Shown: positions 14,760 to 28,598 of the stretch, one piece after another
Position numbering within the stretch: position 1 is the stretch's first letter
Layout: every line of letters starts with the position of its first letter
Origin: the human T2T-CHM13v2.0 reference genome, Homo sapiens
Reading direction: 5' to 3' (one strand)
Assembly: GCF_009914755.1 (NCBI RefSeq)
Contig: NC_060929.1
Length of the DNA: 64,000 bases
Made by a program: the position numbers and the translations under genes
The notes under the pieces: generated by a model
The model's database searches: none
What the model saw: only the letters and a program-made list of their open reading frames with translations
Told to the model about the DNA's origin: nothing

Positions 14760-14965
14760 GATGCAATATAATGAAAAGAGCATAAACTTTTGAATCAAAT
14801 TTTTAGACCTGTGCTTTAATATCAGTTTTATGACTAAATAGCTGTGTGACTTTATGAAGACGAATTAATCTATTTCTCTTTTTCTATTTTCTCATGTCTA
14901 AAATAGAATACTTGCCATTTTATAGGATTGTTGTAAGGGTTAGAAATGATAGGTATAAAGTATCT
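14760..14965 (+). mobile_element. MIR
   Basis: agctgtgtgactt...ttctcatgtctaaaatag...ataggattgttgtaagggttaga MIR core. Confidence 0.75.
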
Positions 14966-16015
14966 TCCCTTGTAGGGAAGATTAGTGGAGGTTTCAATTT
15001 GATAACTTTTGAGATCCCTTAAAAACTAAAATTGTATGAATTTTAAATAAAAAACATTGAACGATCTAATCCTAGGAAGTACTGATATATGGGGGATTAT
15101 CGACCCTTCTACTTCTAGAGTCTTTTTTCTCAGTGATTTTGGCAAATCGGAAGGTGTGGTTTGTTGTAGTTTGTAAAAGCTCCCACTGAGATCCACTAAC
15201 ACTCATGGTGTGCAGTATGGTTGTTTCCCATGGAAATATGTTGTACTTCTGAAAGCCATGGAAGCATGAAAAACAGATTGAATTATAATTTTATCTGACT
15301 TTTATTGTCTTTTGATCTTTTTAAAAATCATTTCTTGCTTATGGAAATTTCCCATATAATTTGCTGCTTCCCATTTGCTGTGGGACAGAAACATTCCTCT
15401 TTCAGGGGAAAACAATAACCCATCCTGTTGCTTAGCCATACTCAATCTTAGAAATGGGCATACCAGCTTGTGGTGCTCCCTAGAGAGAATGAGACTCAGG
15501 GATGAGACCCACAAATACCTTGGAAGCAGATTTGAGGCCTGTTGGACAGAAATTCTGGGATTGCAGTGCCCAAACCCTAGAAGGGGAACCGTGGACTGTA
15601 GGTGGGCACATCCCTTTGATCCTACTGACTCCTCGCCTGGTGGGGACAGACATAGTCAGAGGAATGCCAAAACAGTGCCCTCTCAAGCCCAGGGCAGGGT
15701 CCCAGGTTGTGGGGCAGGAGTATATTAAGGAAATTAGTATATTATCTCAGCTAACTTTTTAAAAATATAATAGCCTGTTTATTTAGCTTTCTTGTTTCAT
15801 AACTGTGGTATACTTTTATTTATGTTTTAGTTTTTAATGGATGACTCAATGGTATAAACATCTTATTTAATTCAGTAGCTCTGAGATGGAAATAAGTCTT
15901 AGTGACTTAAAAAAATTCTTAGTTTAAATGTGGTCTAGGTAGAAGACATGTTATTAATATTATGAGCTTTTTTTTTTCTAACTCTGTGCCTTGTTCTTAT
16001 GTTTTGGTTTTTTAG

Positions 16016-16856
16016 ATCGGCTTCAGCTCCCCAGGAATATGATTGAAAACAGCATGTTTGAGGAAGAACCAGATGTGGTGGATTTAGCCAAAGAGCCTTG
16101 TTTACATCCTCTAGAGCCTGATGAGGTGGAATATGAGCCCCGGGGTTCCCGACTGCTGGTGCGGGGTCTTGGTGAGCATGAGATGGAGGAGGATGAAGAG
16201 GATTATGAGTCATCAGCAAAGCTGCTGGGCATGTCCTTCATGAATAGAAGCTCAGGCCTTCGGAACAGTGCAACTGGTTACAGGCAGAGCCCAGATGGGG
16301 CTTGTTCAGTACCCTCTGCAAGGACCATGGTGGTCTGTGCTTTTGTCATCGTGGTTGCTGTTTCTGTAATCATGGTGATTTACTTACTGCCCAGATGTAC
16401 CTTTACCAAAGAAGGCTGCCATAAAAAAAACCAGTCAATTGGACTAATTCAGCCATTTGCAACAAATGGGAAATTGTTTCCATGGGCACAGATCAGGCTT
16501 CCCACTGCCGTTGTGCCACTACGCTATGAACTCAGCCTACACCCGAACCTAACCTCGATGACATTCAGGGGTTCTGTGACAATTTCAGTTCAGGCTCTTC
16601 AGGTCACATGGAATATCATTCTTCATAGCACAGGTCATAATATTTCAAGAGTGACCTTTATGTCAGCAGTTTCAAGCCAAGAAAAACAAGCTGAGATCCT
16701 GGAATATGCATATCATGGACAGATCGCCATTGTTGCCCCCGAAGCCCTTCTAGCAGGGCACAATTATACGTTGAAGATAGAGTACTCGGCAAATATATCT
16801 AGTTCTTATTATGGGTTTTATGGCTTCTCCTACACAGATGAAAGTAATGAGAAAAA
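16016..16856 (+). CDS. LNPEP: LNPEP exon 2 (841 nt, codons 7-287): cytosolic tail, TM helix, start of the extracellular domain
   Basis: tttag|ATCGG acceptor and AAAAA|gtaggt donor. Translates DRLQLPRNMIENSMFEEEPDV...RQSPDG...VVCAFVIVVAVSVIMVIYLL...YTDESNEK, matching IRAP as I recall it. Confidence 0.98.
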
Positions 16857-18859
16857 GTAGGTAGCCCTCTTAAATGATTCTGGTTTTACGCTCTGATAAC
16901 TTCTGCAATATAGATCCCTTTGTCCACACCAGAGACACGAATTGTGATTTTTTTTTTTAATTTAGGAAGTTATATACAAAATAGTAGAATGGTGATTTAG
17001 AACAATATATTATCTCTCTTAGTCAACGCCTTGAGCATATATCATGGTGGGGTGGAGATAGGGGTGTGCTGGTGGAAAAGGATGGATAAAGATTATATCC
17101 AAAACTTGTTATCTTGAGTTTTTCACATTTTTAAGGTGAATCTAGTTTTCTGTCACCTCATGAAGTCTGTTGGGAAGCAGAGTAAAGAGGAGTTATTCTT
17201 TAAGACCTATTTTCCTAATGTGCAGAACTTTTAGGAGGTACTTAGTGAAATACAGAAAGAGGGCATGAAGAAGTGTGAAGTGTGGTGTGCTTACATATAT
17301 CATTTTTAATATCCTTAATCTTTACTGGTTTATTATTTTTTAAAATGCCAGTCTATTTTGGATTTCTGGTGTAAATTTTTTTTAAGGTCTAGGAGAGACT
17401 TAATTTGGTTCAGAAAAAAAGGTGAGACAAAATATAAAATTATTCAGCTCCCTATTTGGACTATATATTTAGTACTTTAATCTTAGCATTCATAGCATGT
17501 AGTTTGAAATTCTGGGAAGATGGAGTTCACACAGTATGGAGGTTATTCTTAAGTAGCAGTGATATCAGTTGTCTTGTGCACAAAATCCTCACGACATCTG
17601 CTTTATGCAATTGGAACATTCTCTCATATTACTCTGTAAAACAATATGTGAATTACTGATGCTGACCATTTGGCTAATGTATGTTGACATATTAAGAGAA
17701 ATAGTTAGAAATGAGTATTCTACATCTAAAGGAAACTTTTTGATCCTTCTTAAATGGAGAAAGAGACCAAGCAAGATCCATAATTCTATTCAGATAAATA
17801 ATTTTTATTTTATTTTCCCTCTATGTAATACTTTTAAAATAAATGGCATACTGGCCCTGCATTTCAATTCTTGCGTGAGATCTGGGATTGAACACAAATG
17901 TATAATTGCAATGGGAACTTGAAAGTTCTTGCCTTTAGTTCTCCTTCTATAATGCCTATTATCCCCAGGAAATGTAAGCTATGTGTAAAAACAAGAAATA
18001 CATCCCTTAATTACTTTATCTACCAGTATAAATATGTATTCTAATCATACCTCAGAGAAGAAAAATTTATAAAAGCTTCTCTAATAGAACTAAGCAAAAT
18101 TAAAAGAGAGAAAGACAAAAAAATGGCTTTGAATTATAGTTTTCAGACATCTTGAAAGGTATAAATAATCTAAACATTTACCTGGAATCAAGATATACTA
18201 TCACTTGGGGGATTCATTTTACTGATACTTTTATTTTGTTTTGAATAGCAGAGTTTCACGTACTAATTTATTTTAATAGGTTGTAAAATACTGTTTTATA
18301 ATACTCTATTTCTTAATCTTAAAGAAACATATTTCATTTTTCTGACATTTTCCACAACTCAATCCAGCCCATGGCAAGAGTCAACAAGTGGCCGTACCAA
18401 AAATCACCTTACTCTGCTGTATTTATTCCTCCCATTAAATAGTTAACGAGTACAAGGATTCCAGGGTCAATATTCTGATGGGAAGAGATGGCTAGGGCAC
18501 ATGTCCTAAAAGTCTGTTTGCATACTAAGAACATATTTCTTGTTGATTGGAAAACCATTGTATGTAAACGTCAGACACCTTGCGTAGACACTGCTTGTTG
18601 TAAGGGAACTTACCTTTACCCATGTGATCTAAGAGACAGAGACAGTCAGTAACCTTGGAGTTAAATCTCAAAGTTGTTTATGATAGGCTTAAAGTCCTAG
18701 ATAACAAACTGATACTAAGAACTAGTAAACAAATTCAGGATAGGGATGTGTTTCAGCAGTTCCTCGTTTCTAACAGAATTTAATTCAAGACCGTTTTTGA
18801 TCTACCCTTGTTTTTTCTTTCTCATAGTTCTCACCTGCCATGGTGAACTTTCTGATGAT

Positions 18860-19110
18860 AATAATAGCCAGTATTCACCTGGAACTGAAGGGCTGGAAAC
18901 TGTTCCAAGCCTCTTACGTGTTTAGTCTTTTATTCTGTCAAACTCACTAAGAGATAGATGTTAACATTATATTCATTTTACAGCTAAGGGAGCAGAGGCA
19001 CATAAAGTAACTTATCCAGCATCTCATGGCAAGCAGATAGCAGAGGGAGAACTCAAACTCAAGGTCATTTTAACTGCAGAAGCCACATTCTTCACCACCA
19101 TGGTGCACTG
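18860..19110 (-). mobile_element. MIR
   Basis: cattttacagctaagggagcagaggcacataaagtaactt...aactcaaactcaaggtc. Confidence 0.7.
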
Positions 19111-19758
19111 CCTCTCTAGTTCATACTTGCTTTCCTTTGTACATTGTTATCTCCAGTGTTTGAAATTCTCTTATCCCCAGTTAATTTGTAATTGTCTTGA
19201 ACACTACTTGATAAAGTGTTCAACTTTAGTATTTCAGAAAGGAAATATACTCTCCAGTGAAAGAATAAGCTTCAAGTTATTCAGCATAGATAGAACAGGT
19301 TATAAGTATTATCAAGCAGCAGCCTTCTCAAAGGGATTTTTATGTGAGATAGTTATGATTGGATCTCTTAACAACAGTTTAAGGCTTTTTCGCCTTAGTG
19401 TGTTATGATCTAATTTTTATCCAAAAGTGGTGGGTCTCTCTTGTATGAATAGTAGGGATAACATCAAACTTTATTCCCTGGTCCCTTATGCTTCTCTTCC
19501 AAAATCTTCTGTTAACTACATAAGAATGTTGGGGGTGGGTTGAAGAAATGAAATGTTAGAAACATAATATGTGTAAATTGTTTCATGTATGTTGATTGCT
19601 ACCTTTCTTGCAGTTTACCCAATTCGATAGCAACAGTTATTTGGGCACACATCCTTAACAGAAAAAAAGCAAAAACAAAAGAATACAAAACAAAAAAAGT
19701 ACACAAATTTTAAGTGTGGAAGAAGTTAGGACTATCTTGCATTTGTAATAAATATCTA

Positions 19759-19898
19759 TTTAGGACCATATGATATACAAGTAGTTTTTATTATAAATAG
19801 TTTTATTTGATTCTAACAAAAATCCTAATCTTTAGGACCATATGGTATACAAGTCGTTTTTATTATAAATATTTTTATTTGATTCTAACAAAAACCCT
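19759..19898. repeat. 72-bp tandem duplication (2 copies)
   Basis: tttaggaccatatg...ttctaacaaaaa starts at 19759 and at 19831; 4 mismatches in 68 nt. Confidence 0.95.
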
Positions 19899-20322
19899 GG
19901 TGTTTGGCAGTGGATTCTATCTCAGTCCTAATTTAACTATTAAGGACGTTGGGATGTATGAGATGTAAGGACATTGAGATGTATGAGATGTAGGTTACTG
20001 ATTTGCCCAAAGTCATGTGGTTAGTAAATTATAGAGTCTGGGTCTTCTGACTCCAAATCTCATACTCTTTCTTTTCTCCTTATCTTCTAGTAGTGGAAAC
20101 TAAGCCCAAAATGAGAGAGGCTACCACCTCCAAGTGGTGGTTGTATATGTGCTATATTGATTGGTACCTGAAATATGCACACCAGGGCCATATATTTGCC
20201 GTGATTATAGCCACGCTGGGATGATCTCCCAAGTTCAGATCTAGTTATTCTTTTACTTAACTGAAAATCTGCATTTCTCCTTGTTTCTTTTTATGCTTTT
20301 CCACCAACCTGTAATCGAGGAC

Positions 20323-20832
<510 letters not shown>

Positions 20833-20971
20833 TAATGACCACCCTTCTTAATAATCTTCCATCAGAAACCTTTTTAAGACCTCAGTGGCCAGTTGCAGCC
20901 TACCTTTGTGGCTTCATCTCCAGCCACACTGGACAGCCACCCCCAGTTTCTGCACATGCACTGCTCTCTTG

Positions 20972-21608
20972 TGTTCCCGGACCAAACTGAGGGTCAGGCT
21001 GCTATTTTTTGCTGCCCCAAAACGAGATGCAGATGAACTGGGAAGAGACTTTTTATTTCTATAACCAGTTATATAGGGAGAAGGCCTGGAAATTATTGCC
21101 AGAACAACTCAAAATTACAAAGTTTTCCAGAGCTTATATACCTTCTAAACTATATGTTTACGTGTAAGTGTGCATTTCTCTAAAGACATAAGTGATTAAC
21201 TTCTTTTAATCCATAACTAAGGTCCGAGTCTTGAAGACCTTCCTCTTGAGCCTCAGTAAATTTACTTAATCTAAATGGGTCCAGGTGCTGGGGTGATTAC
21301 CCTTATGTTGTCTCCTGCTAAATCACGGAGGTTTGGGGAGTTCCTTCAGACCTCCAGTAATTGTTTGTGGAGGCCTGGGGAGTTTCTTCAGACCCTCCAA
21401 TAAAACTTATTTAATCCTAAATGGGTCCTGTTAAAAATTCCTTCATTATTTTGTCATGCTTTAAGACCCAGGCAAAACTCTTGGTGGGCTTTTGTTAAAT
21501 TCCAGCCTTTGTATAAGGGCACTGGCTTTTAATATTTAACTTAACCACTCAGCCAGTACTGAAACAGTTGTTATGGAGGCCTGCGTTAGTGAGATCTGGC
21601 TTGCCACA
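20972..21608 (-). mobile_element. MER39-like ERV1 solo LTR
   Basis: TG...CA termini and a 4-bp TSD CTTG (20968-71 / 21609-12). The minus strand begins TGTGGCAAGCCAGATCTCACTAACGCAGGCCTCCATAACAACTGTTTCAGTACTG, as I recall for MER39. Confidence 0.85.
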
Positions 21609-21957
21609 CTTGTGTTACCCACTCTTTCCAGAGTATACTTTCTTCCCTTCTTCACCTTTTCAAATACTCATCTTTTTAGGCCCTCTTCAGGTTTTCTGCA
21701 TGTTTCCTTATAATATCTTCAACCTCTAGTCAGAATTTGTTTCCTTCCCTTTGTTCCCATTGCTTTATTTTCATTGTTAGGACATGACTTACAGCCTGAT
21801 GTAAGTTTCTGTTCATTGTATAAACCTCTGCCTTTCCCAGTTTATTGCAGATCCTTTAGTAACTAGGATTGTAACATATTTATCTTAGTATACTTGGCAG
21901 GGTGCCTTGTACAGTAGGTGCTCAGTAACTACTGGATTGAATTTGTGTTTGTTTTAG

Positions 21958-22096
21958 GTACTTTGCAGCAACTCAGTTTGAACCCCTGGCAGCAAGATCT
22001 GCTTTTCCTTGTTTTGATGAACCAGCATTTAAAGCCACTTTTATCATCAAGATCATAAGGGATGAGCAATACACCGCTTTATCAAATATGCCTAAG
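21958..22096 (+). CDS. LNPEP: LNPEP exon 3 (139 nt)
   Basis: ttttag|G...CCTAAG|gtac; [28 protein letters not shown]...ALSNMPK, a conserved M1 peptidase block; phase matches exon 2. Confidence 0.97.
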
Positions 22097-23416
22097 GTAC
22101 TGTTCTGTTCCTTGAATGTAAAAATCTTTGAATGGGTCTCTTTCTTTAAGAACACTTAAATTCCTCTTTGCCAGACTACAGTTGAGAATGATTAAAATCA
22201 TATACATTAATATTCTTCCTTAAAATACTTAAATAAAAATTAAAATATATTGGCATCAGTTGGGAAGTCACCTTGAGGAGGACTTGAGGAAAGAGAAAGA
22301 CCTGCTGGACTTGGAATGTGTGGATAGGAAATGTGAGTGTGCATTGTATATTAAGTTGTGCAAATATTAATACAATGAACTAGCAAAAGATTAGAGTAAT
22401 ATTTTCTGAGACAGGATGAATTTGCTATTCTAAACTGTTATTTGAGAGTGTTGAATAATAACTCTTTTTGGTGTTTTATTGGTAAATGAAAAACCAATAT
22501 TGTTATAATATGGAGATTGACAACTAGAACAGGAGCCTCTTTCTTAGATGTTAGCTCTGTGTGGGATGCAGTGAGGGTGAAACCAATAATTGTTTTTATG
22601 CCAAACAAAACCTGGAGCCTAGGGGGTCTTTTTTTGTTTTTTTTTTTTTGGTCTTAGACACCTGAGGGACTGTGCAGCTTGATAGGAGCCTCCTGGACCC
22701 ATGTGGCTAAGGGAGAGGAGCAGCAGCCATACCCAGCAGGCTATGGAGCCAATCCTGTAGGCAGCAGAGAGCATAATCTGTAACAAGACAGCACTGTACC
22801 AGCTTACTCTGCACACTCAGCCATACTCTTCACCTTCATCTTTCTCTAAAGAGGCAGATGCCTACTTTAATTTGTGGTTGGAAAATTCTATAAGGTTGCC
22901 TACATTCCCTCATTTTGTGTCTGCTGCAGACTTCTCTAATGACTTACTACTGACTTTGTTCCCACTAAGCTTTCTTGGGGGTCCTCAACATGGCACCCCA
23001 TGAAGCCATTTCAGATCATTTGAAGGGATGTCGCAGCTAGAGCTCCTTCTGTGGATGTATTTGTAGCAGTAGAGTGGAGCAATCCCAGGTCATAAGGAAG
23101 GATTTTGGTTTTGGAGGTGTTCTAATGGGAGAAGCAGAACCAATGTGACTATCTTTAACTTAACATTTATTTGGTCATCTTTGGGACTAAAAACTCCTTG
23201 AGGAGTTTCACTGTGCTCCATATGTCCTCAGGATGAAGGATGGTACAACAGACTGAGACTAGGAGCCATGCTCTTTGCAGAAATTCATACTGAGAGGTTA
23301 TAATATGCTAGCATCTTTACCATTTATTTCCTATTTGAATTTTCAGTTTCTCAGTTTGTTTGTTATTGCCATTTATTCCTATAGTTACAGAACTGTCTTT
23401 TCCCCTTTGCTTGTAG

Positions 23417-23548
23417 AAGTCATCAGTCGTTCTAGATGATGGACTTGTTCAGGATGAGTTTTCTGAGAGTGTGAAGATGAGCACTTACTTGGTTGCTTTC
23501 ATTGTGGGAGAGATGAAGAACCTGAGTCAGGACGTAAATGGAACCCTG
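23417..23548 (+). CDS. LNPEP: LNPEP exon 4 (132 nt)
   Basis: tgtag|AAG...CTG|gtatgt; KSSVVLDDGLVQDEFSESVKMSTYLVAFIVGEMKNLSQDVNGTL. Confidence 0.96.
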
Positions 23549-23819
23549 GTATGTTGATGTGGTAATTGTCTGAAAGCCTGTGTCACAAGAGGCTCAGAGG
23601 ACCTCTTGCTTTAACGATTCCTGGTATTTGCTGTGTGAAATAAATAAGCTTTTAGATCACACTCTGACATTTTATACCAGAAATGCTACTTTTTTGCTTA
23701 GCTGTTATTTACTGTTACTAGTTTAATAGCTGAAAGTCAATAATTTTCAAGTTTTAAAAAATTTTACTTTTAAAGAGAATTTTAGTAAGACACTATATGT
23801 ATACTAAAGCTTTTAGAAC

Positions 23820-23970
23820 TGAGTGGTAGCCACTAGCCTTAGGGGGAATATTTAGATTTAAATAAATAAAAATTAAATACAATTTAAAATTCACTTCCTC
23901 AGTCTCACTAACCATATTTCAAGTGTTCAGCAGTGTTCATGTGACTAGTGGCTACATATTCGATAGCTCT
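23820..23970. mobile_element. MER3/MER33-like hAT element
   Basis: gtagccactagcc...ttcctcagtctcactaaccatatttcaagtg...gtgactagtggctac. Confidence 0.7.
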
Positions 23971-25162
23971 AGGTTGTAAAAATTAGATGAGTCCTCCCTT
24001 TTTTCAAAGCAAATCCTGATGAGATTCCTCTTCCTAATGAATAAGATTGTCTATTTAGTTAAGGGTCTGGTTTATCTGTATTTTGCCAAAATTAGACTCT
24101 TCTGTTTTTCTTTATCATTTGTACCTGTTTGTAAATGATTATTTGATTGGACTTTATACTTTGATTTCATAGTAGAAACCTAATAAAGTTAATTTTTTCA
24201 AATACTGACAACATAGAAGGAGAAAAGGCATTCTATCATATTTATTAAACTAAAAACAATTATTCTTGATGATAGAAATATGATAGAATGTCTTAGTTTC
24301 TGTTTTCGTATTTTTGAGCTCTACCAGGGAATATACTGCTAGTTTTGGGTTTCCTTTCTAGACTAAAGAGCTTTATATTAATCACAGGATACTTGGATCT
24401 TATCATTTTGCTACTTCAAAAGGGTATATGTTTCCTATTAGAAAAGACTATCACGTCTATCCCATACCTTTCAGAGATAAGGACAGAGATAAGGATTCTC
24501 TGGTGATTTATCAGTAATAATACTGTATGCCTTTAATGATGCTACTCAAAAAGTAAACTAAGTTTTTAATGGTAAGTGTAGACTGTAATATTAAGCGCTA
24601 AATAATGGTTCACTCACCTTTGGATTGAAAGACTTTATGTCAAGGATTTTTCAGAATCCTTTCAAAAGGATATTATAACTGGCTTAAATCTGAAATAATT
24701 CAATTAATTCCACTTCAGGTGTTGCACTACATATTTAGCCTTTGATTTAGAGTTTGCAGCCTTGATAAAGCCTAAGAAGCCCAATCTAAAAGAGTCAGGT
24801 TTGCTGCTGCTTCAAGACTCAGCTGAATACTACGTTCTCCATGAAGCATTTCTTTCTTTCCCCAGCTGGAATTAATCATTCCCTCTCTGATCTTTCATAG
24901 CACTTTAATTATCTCTTTTTTGTAGTTCTTAATACTCATTGGTATAAAACCCCCAGCACTTTTTATGTATCCCAAAATGTATGCAGTCTTGGCATTTTCC
25001 CCCCTTCTTTTCTTCCTTCCTCTTCACTCTCTCTCTTCCTTTTTCCCCCTTTCTCTCATCTGCTGTGTTTGCTTCACACTACCTGTAGGATTACATTCAG
25101 ATTCATCATTTGATAATCAAGGCCTTCCTTATAAATTCAGCAATATTTCTTTTCTTGTTTAA

Positions 25163-25487
<325 letters not shown>

Positions 25488-25787
25488 TTTTTTAAAAATT
25501 TTTTTAGTGACAGGGTCTCACTCTGCCACCCAGGCTGGAGTACATGGTGCAATCATAGCTCACCGTAACATTAAAGTTCTGGGCTCAAGTGATTCTCTCC
25601 CAAGTCATTGGGACTACAGACAGGCACCTGCCACCATACTTGGCTAGGTGTTTTGTTTTGTTTTTTTAATTTTTTGTAGAGGCATCTTGCTATGTTGCTC
25701 AGGCCAGCTTAAACTCCTGGGCTCAAGCAATCCTCCTGCCTCAACCTCCCAAAGTGCTGAGATTACAGGTTTAAACCATACTTCTGG
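25488..25787 (-). mobile_element. AluJ
   Basis: acagggtctcactctg...gggctcaagcaatcctcctgcc, J-type. Confidence 0.9.
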
Positions 25788-26094
25788 CAAATTCAGCTAT
25801 ATTTCTAATTGCCTCATTATGAATTCTTTCATCTAGGCAAGCTGAATTATTCATTGCCCACATACACACTGCATTCTCATATATGTGTGTGCATGTGCAT
25901 GCTTGTGTGTATGTGTGTGGAAAGAGGAAGAGATAGAGAAGTTTTAGATGACTATGTTTTCTTTTTTGCTTTTTATTCCTGTATTAGGAAACAACATGGT
26001 TAAACATAGACTCTGGAGTCTAATTGGGTTGAAATCCCTCCTAGACAGCTTACTAGCTATGGGCCCTTAAGTAGACTGCTCTCATCCTTTCTCA

Positions 26095-26235
26095 GTATAT
26101 ATATATATGTGTGTGTGTAAGTGTATAATATTTGTGTATATATGATATATATATTATATAATATATAATTTATATATAATATATTGTATATAATATAATT
26201 ATATATTATATATTTATATATATTATTATATATTA
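26095..26235. repeat. AT-rich (TA)n low-complexity tract
   Basis: Read directly. Confidence 0.9.
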
Positions 26236-27309
26236 AGTAAGAAATAGAGCAAATCTTAAATCTGTTATTGCTCAGTGTTAACCTTCTTTGAGAGCTGATC
26301 AGGGATCTTTCTAGTTGTGTTTTTAGAAATCTCCTATAAGATCTTTGAAAGAGATCTGTCAAGAAAAGTTTCAGGTTGTAAGTTTTAAGGCCTGAGTGCC
26401 GATTGACTTTTATTTAACAATGTTTAGAGTACTCTTACCAAGTCCAGAATGCTGTTCAAGACTTTCTTTGCTGAGCTATGTTGCTCTCTCTATTTCTTAC
26501 TGCATCTGTTGCTCTTAGAAAAGCTTTATAATAATTGTAATGACCAGATTATTTATCTCTCGTAAGAACTCATTACAGATGTTCTTTTAAGGAAAAGAAA
26601 AAGAAGTAGAAAGGAAGAGAAAGTATTAAACTACATTTTTTCCTAATCATTGTATTCCAGAGATGGGAATAAGTGGACCCTTTGGTCAAAGTTCAGTTTC
26701 ATGTGAACTTTTTCTCCTGGCTTGTCCTCTAAGGAAAGGTGCTCAGTGATGGGAGTTGCCAAATGGTGTGTGTGGCAGAAGAATGTTTTAGGAGTAATCT
26801 GGAGGTATGAGTGATGTTTCTATTGGGGTACCATCTTCTAGATTATTGAGGCAACTGTAACACAAGATATGTTTGTCTGGAAAGAATAGGTACAGCTAAT
26901 AAAGACTTGTCTTAAATTCTATTGATCTTGTTACAGTTATTTATAATGATAGCTGAAGATTTAAAAATTGTATGTCAGGTGCACGTGCGTGTGTGTGTGT
27001 ATATTAAAACTGACTTCTGTAGGGGAAAGATGCAGGAAATGCAGTAAGTAGGATCAGCTTGTAGGCGGTGACTGAATTCAGTAAGCTGTGGTCACAGTCC
27101 TGTATCAAGGGCTTCAGGTGTTAGAAGGCTGGGCTAATGAAGTACGGTTGGCTACATAATATGGGAGAATAAATTTCTTCCCTTGTTACTTTAGAAAGCT
27201 ACATATTTTTAATTGGTTAACTCCAGTTCTATACATATAATTCTTCCAGTAGTAACCACAAATATTCTGTTCACACATATTTTGCCTCAATTCCGATGGG
27301 AGTCTATTT

Positions 27310-27530
27310 GTAATAACAATAACTACCATTTATTGAACACTTAGACATTGTGTCACGCACTAATCTAAGTTCTATACATGTATTAGCTTAATCCTCACAG
27401 CAACTCTGTGAGGGTAGGAGCCACTTTTATCCCCATTTTATGGATAAGGAAAGTAAGGTTAACTAGCCTGCTTAAGGTCATACAGATAGCAGAGATTTGA
27501 ACCCCAGCACTGTAAATACAGAGCCTATAT
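27310..27530 (-). mobile_element. MIR
   Basis: ccatttattgaacactta...taatcctcacagcaactctgtgagg...ccccattttatggataaggaaa...gatttgaacccc. Confidence 0.8.
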
Positions 27531-27690
27531 ATTTCATTTTTTGTTCATTTACTTAAACATTCTATATTGTTTAATTTTTATGCCACCTCCATATTTCTAT
27601 GATTAATGCATATGTTCTATAGACTGAAGCCTCACATAAAGACAATATGGTTGAAACCTATTTGACCTCTTAGAAATTGTTGACAGTTTT

Positions 27691-28598
27691 TTGCTTTATT
27701 TTAAGAGGTTTTTGGGGAACAGGTGGTGTTCGGTTATATGGATAAGTTCTTTAGTGGTGATTTCTGAGATTTTGGTGCACCCATCACCCAAGCAGTGTAG
27801 ACTGCACCCAATGTGTAATCTTTTATCCCTCACTCCCCTCCCACCCTTTCCTCCATGTTCCCAAAGTCCATTGTATCATTCTTATGCCTTTGCATCCTCA
27901 TAGCTTAGCTCCCACTTATGAGTGAGAACATACATACGATGTCTGGTTTTCCATTCCTGAGTTACTTTACTTAGAATAATCGTCCCCAATTCCATCCAGG
28001 TTGCTGCGATTGCCATTATTTCATTCCTTTCTATGGCTGAGTAGTATTCCATGGTATGTATATATATCACAATTTATTTATCCACTCATTGATCAATCCC
28101 AGTAGTGGGACTGACAAATCAAATGATTCCTCTACTTTTAGTTCTTGAAGGAATCTCCACACTGTTTTCTATAGTGGTTGTACTAGTTTACATTCCCACC
28201 AGCAGTGTAAAGATGTTCCTTTTTCACCACATCTACGCTAACATCTATTATTTTCTGATTTTTTTTGGTTATGGCCATTTTTACCAGGAGTAAGGTGGTA
28301 TCGCTTTGTGGTTTTGATTTGCATTTTGCTGATCATTAGTGATGTTGAGCATTTTTCCAAATGTTTGTTGTCTATTTATATATCTTCTTTGGAGAATTGT
28401 CTTTTCATGTCCTTAGCCTATTTTTTGATGGGATTGTTTTATTTTCTTGCTGATTTGTTTGAGTTCCTTTTAGATTCTAGATATTAGCCTTTGTCAGATG
28501 TATAGATTATGAAGATTTTCTCCCACTTTGTGGGTTGTCTGTTCACTCTGCTGATTGTTGAATAAGATGTCCTTTCCCCACTTTATGTTTTTGCTTTG
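27691..28598 (-). mobile_element. L1PB-type 5'-truncated insertion with a 19-bp TSD
   Basis: L1PB 3' end (ggggaacaggtggtgtt...gattttggtgcacccatcacc). TSD agaaattgttgacagtttt at 27672-27690 and 28599-28617, followed by AA (TTTT/AA endonuclease site). Confidence 0.92.

Noticed and set aside
15375-15762. Slightly GC-richer patch with ORFs just upstream of exon 2, considered as an alternative promoter or exon
   Set aside because: CpG-poor, no convincing donor or core promoter; probably an old repeat I cannot name.
15991-16015. N-terminal MFLCFGFL of the 289-aa ORF
   Set aside because: It starts at a TTG in the polypyrimidine tract; the real exon begins at 16016 after the AG.
22555-22820. Possible old LTR fragment
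   Set aside because: I could not assign a family or find a TSD.
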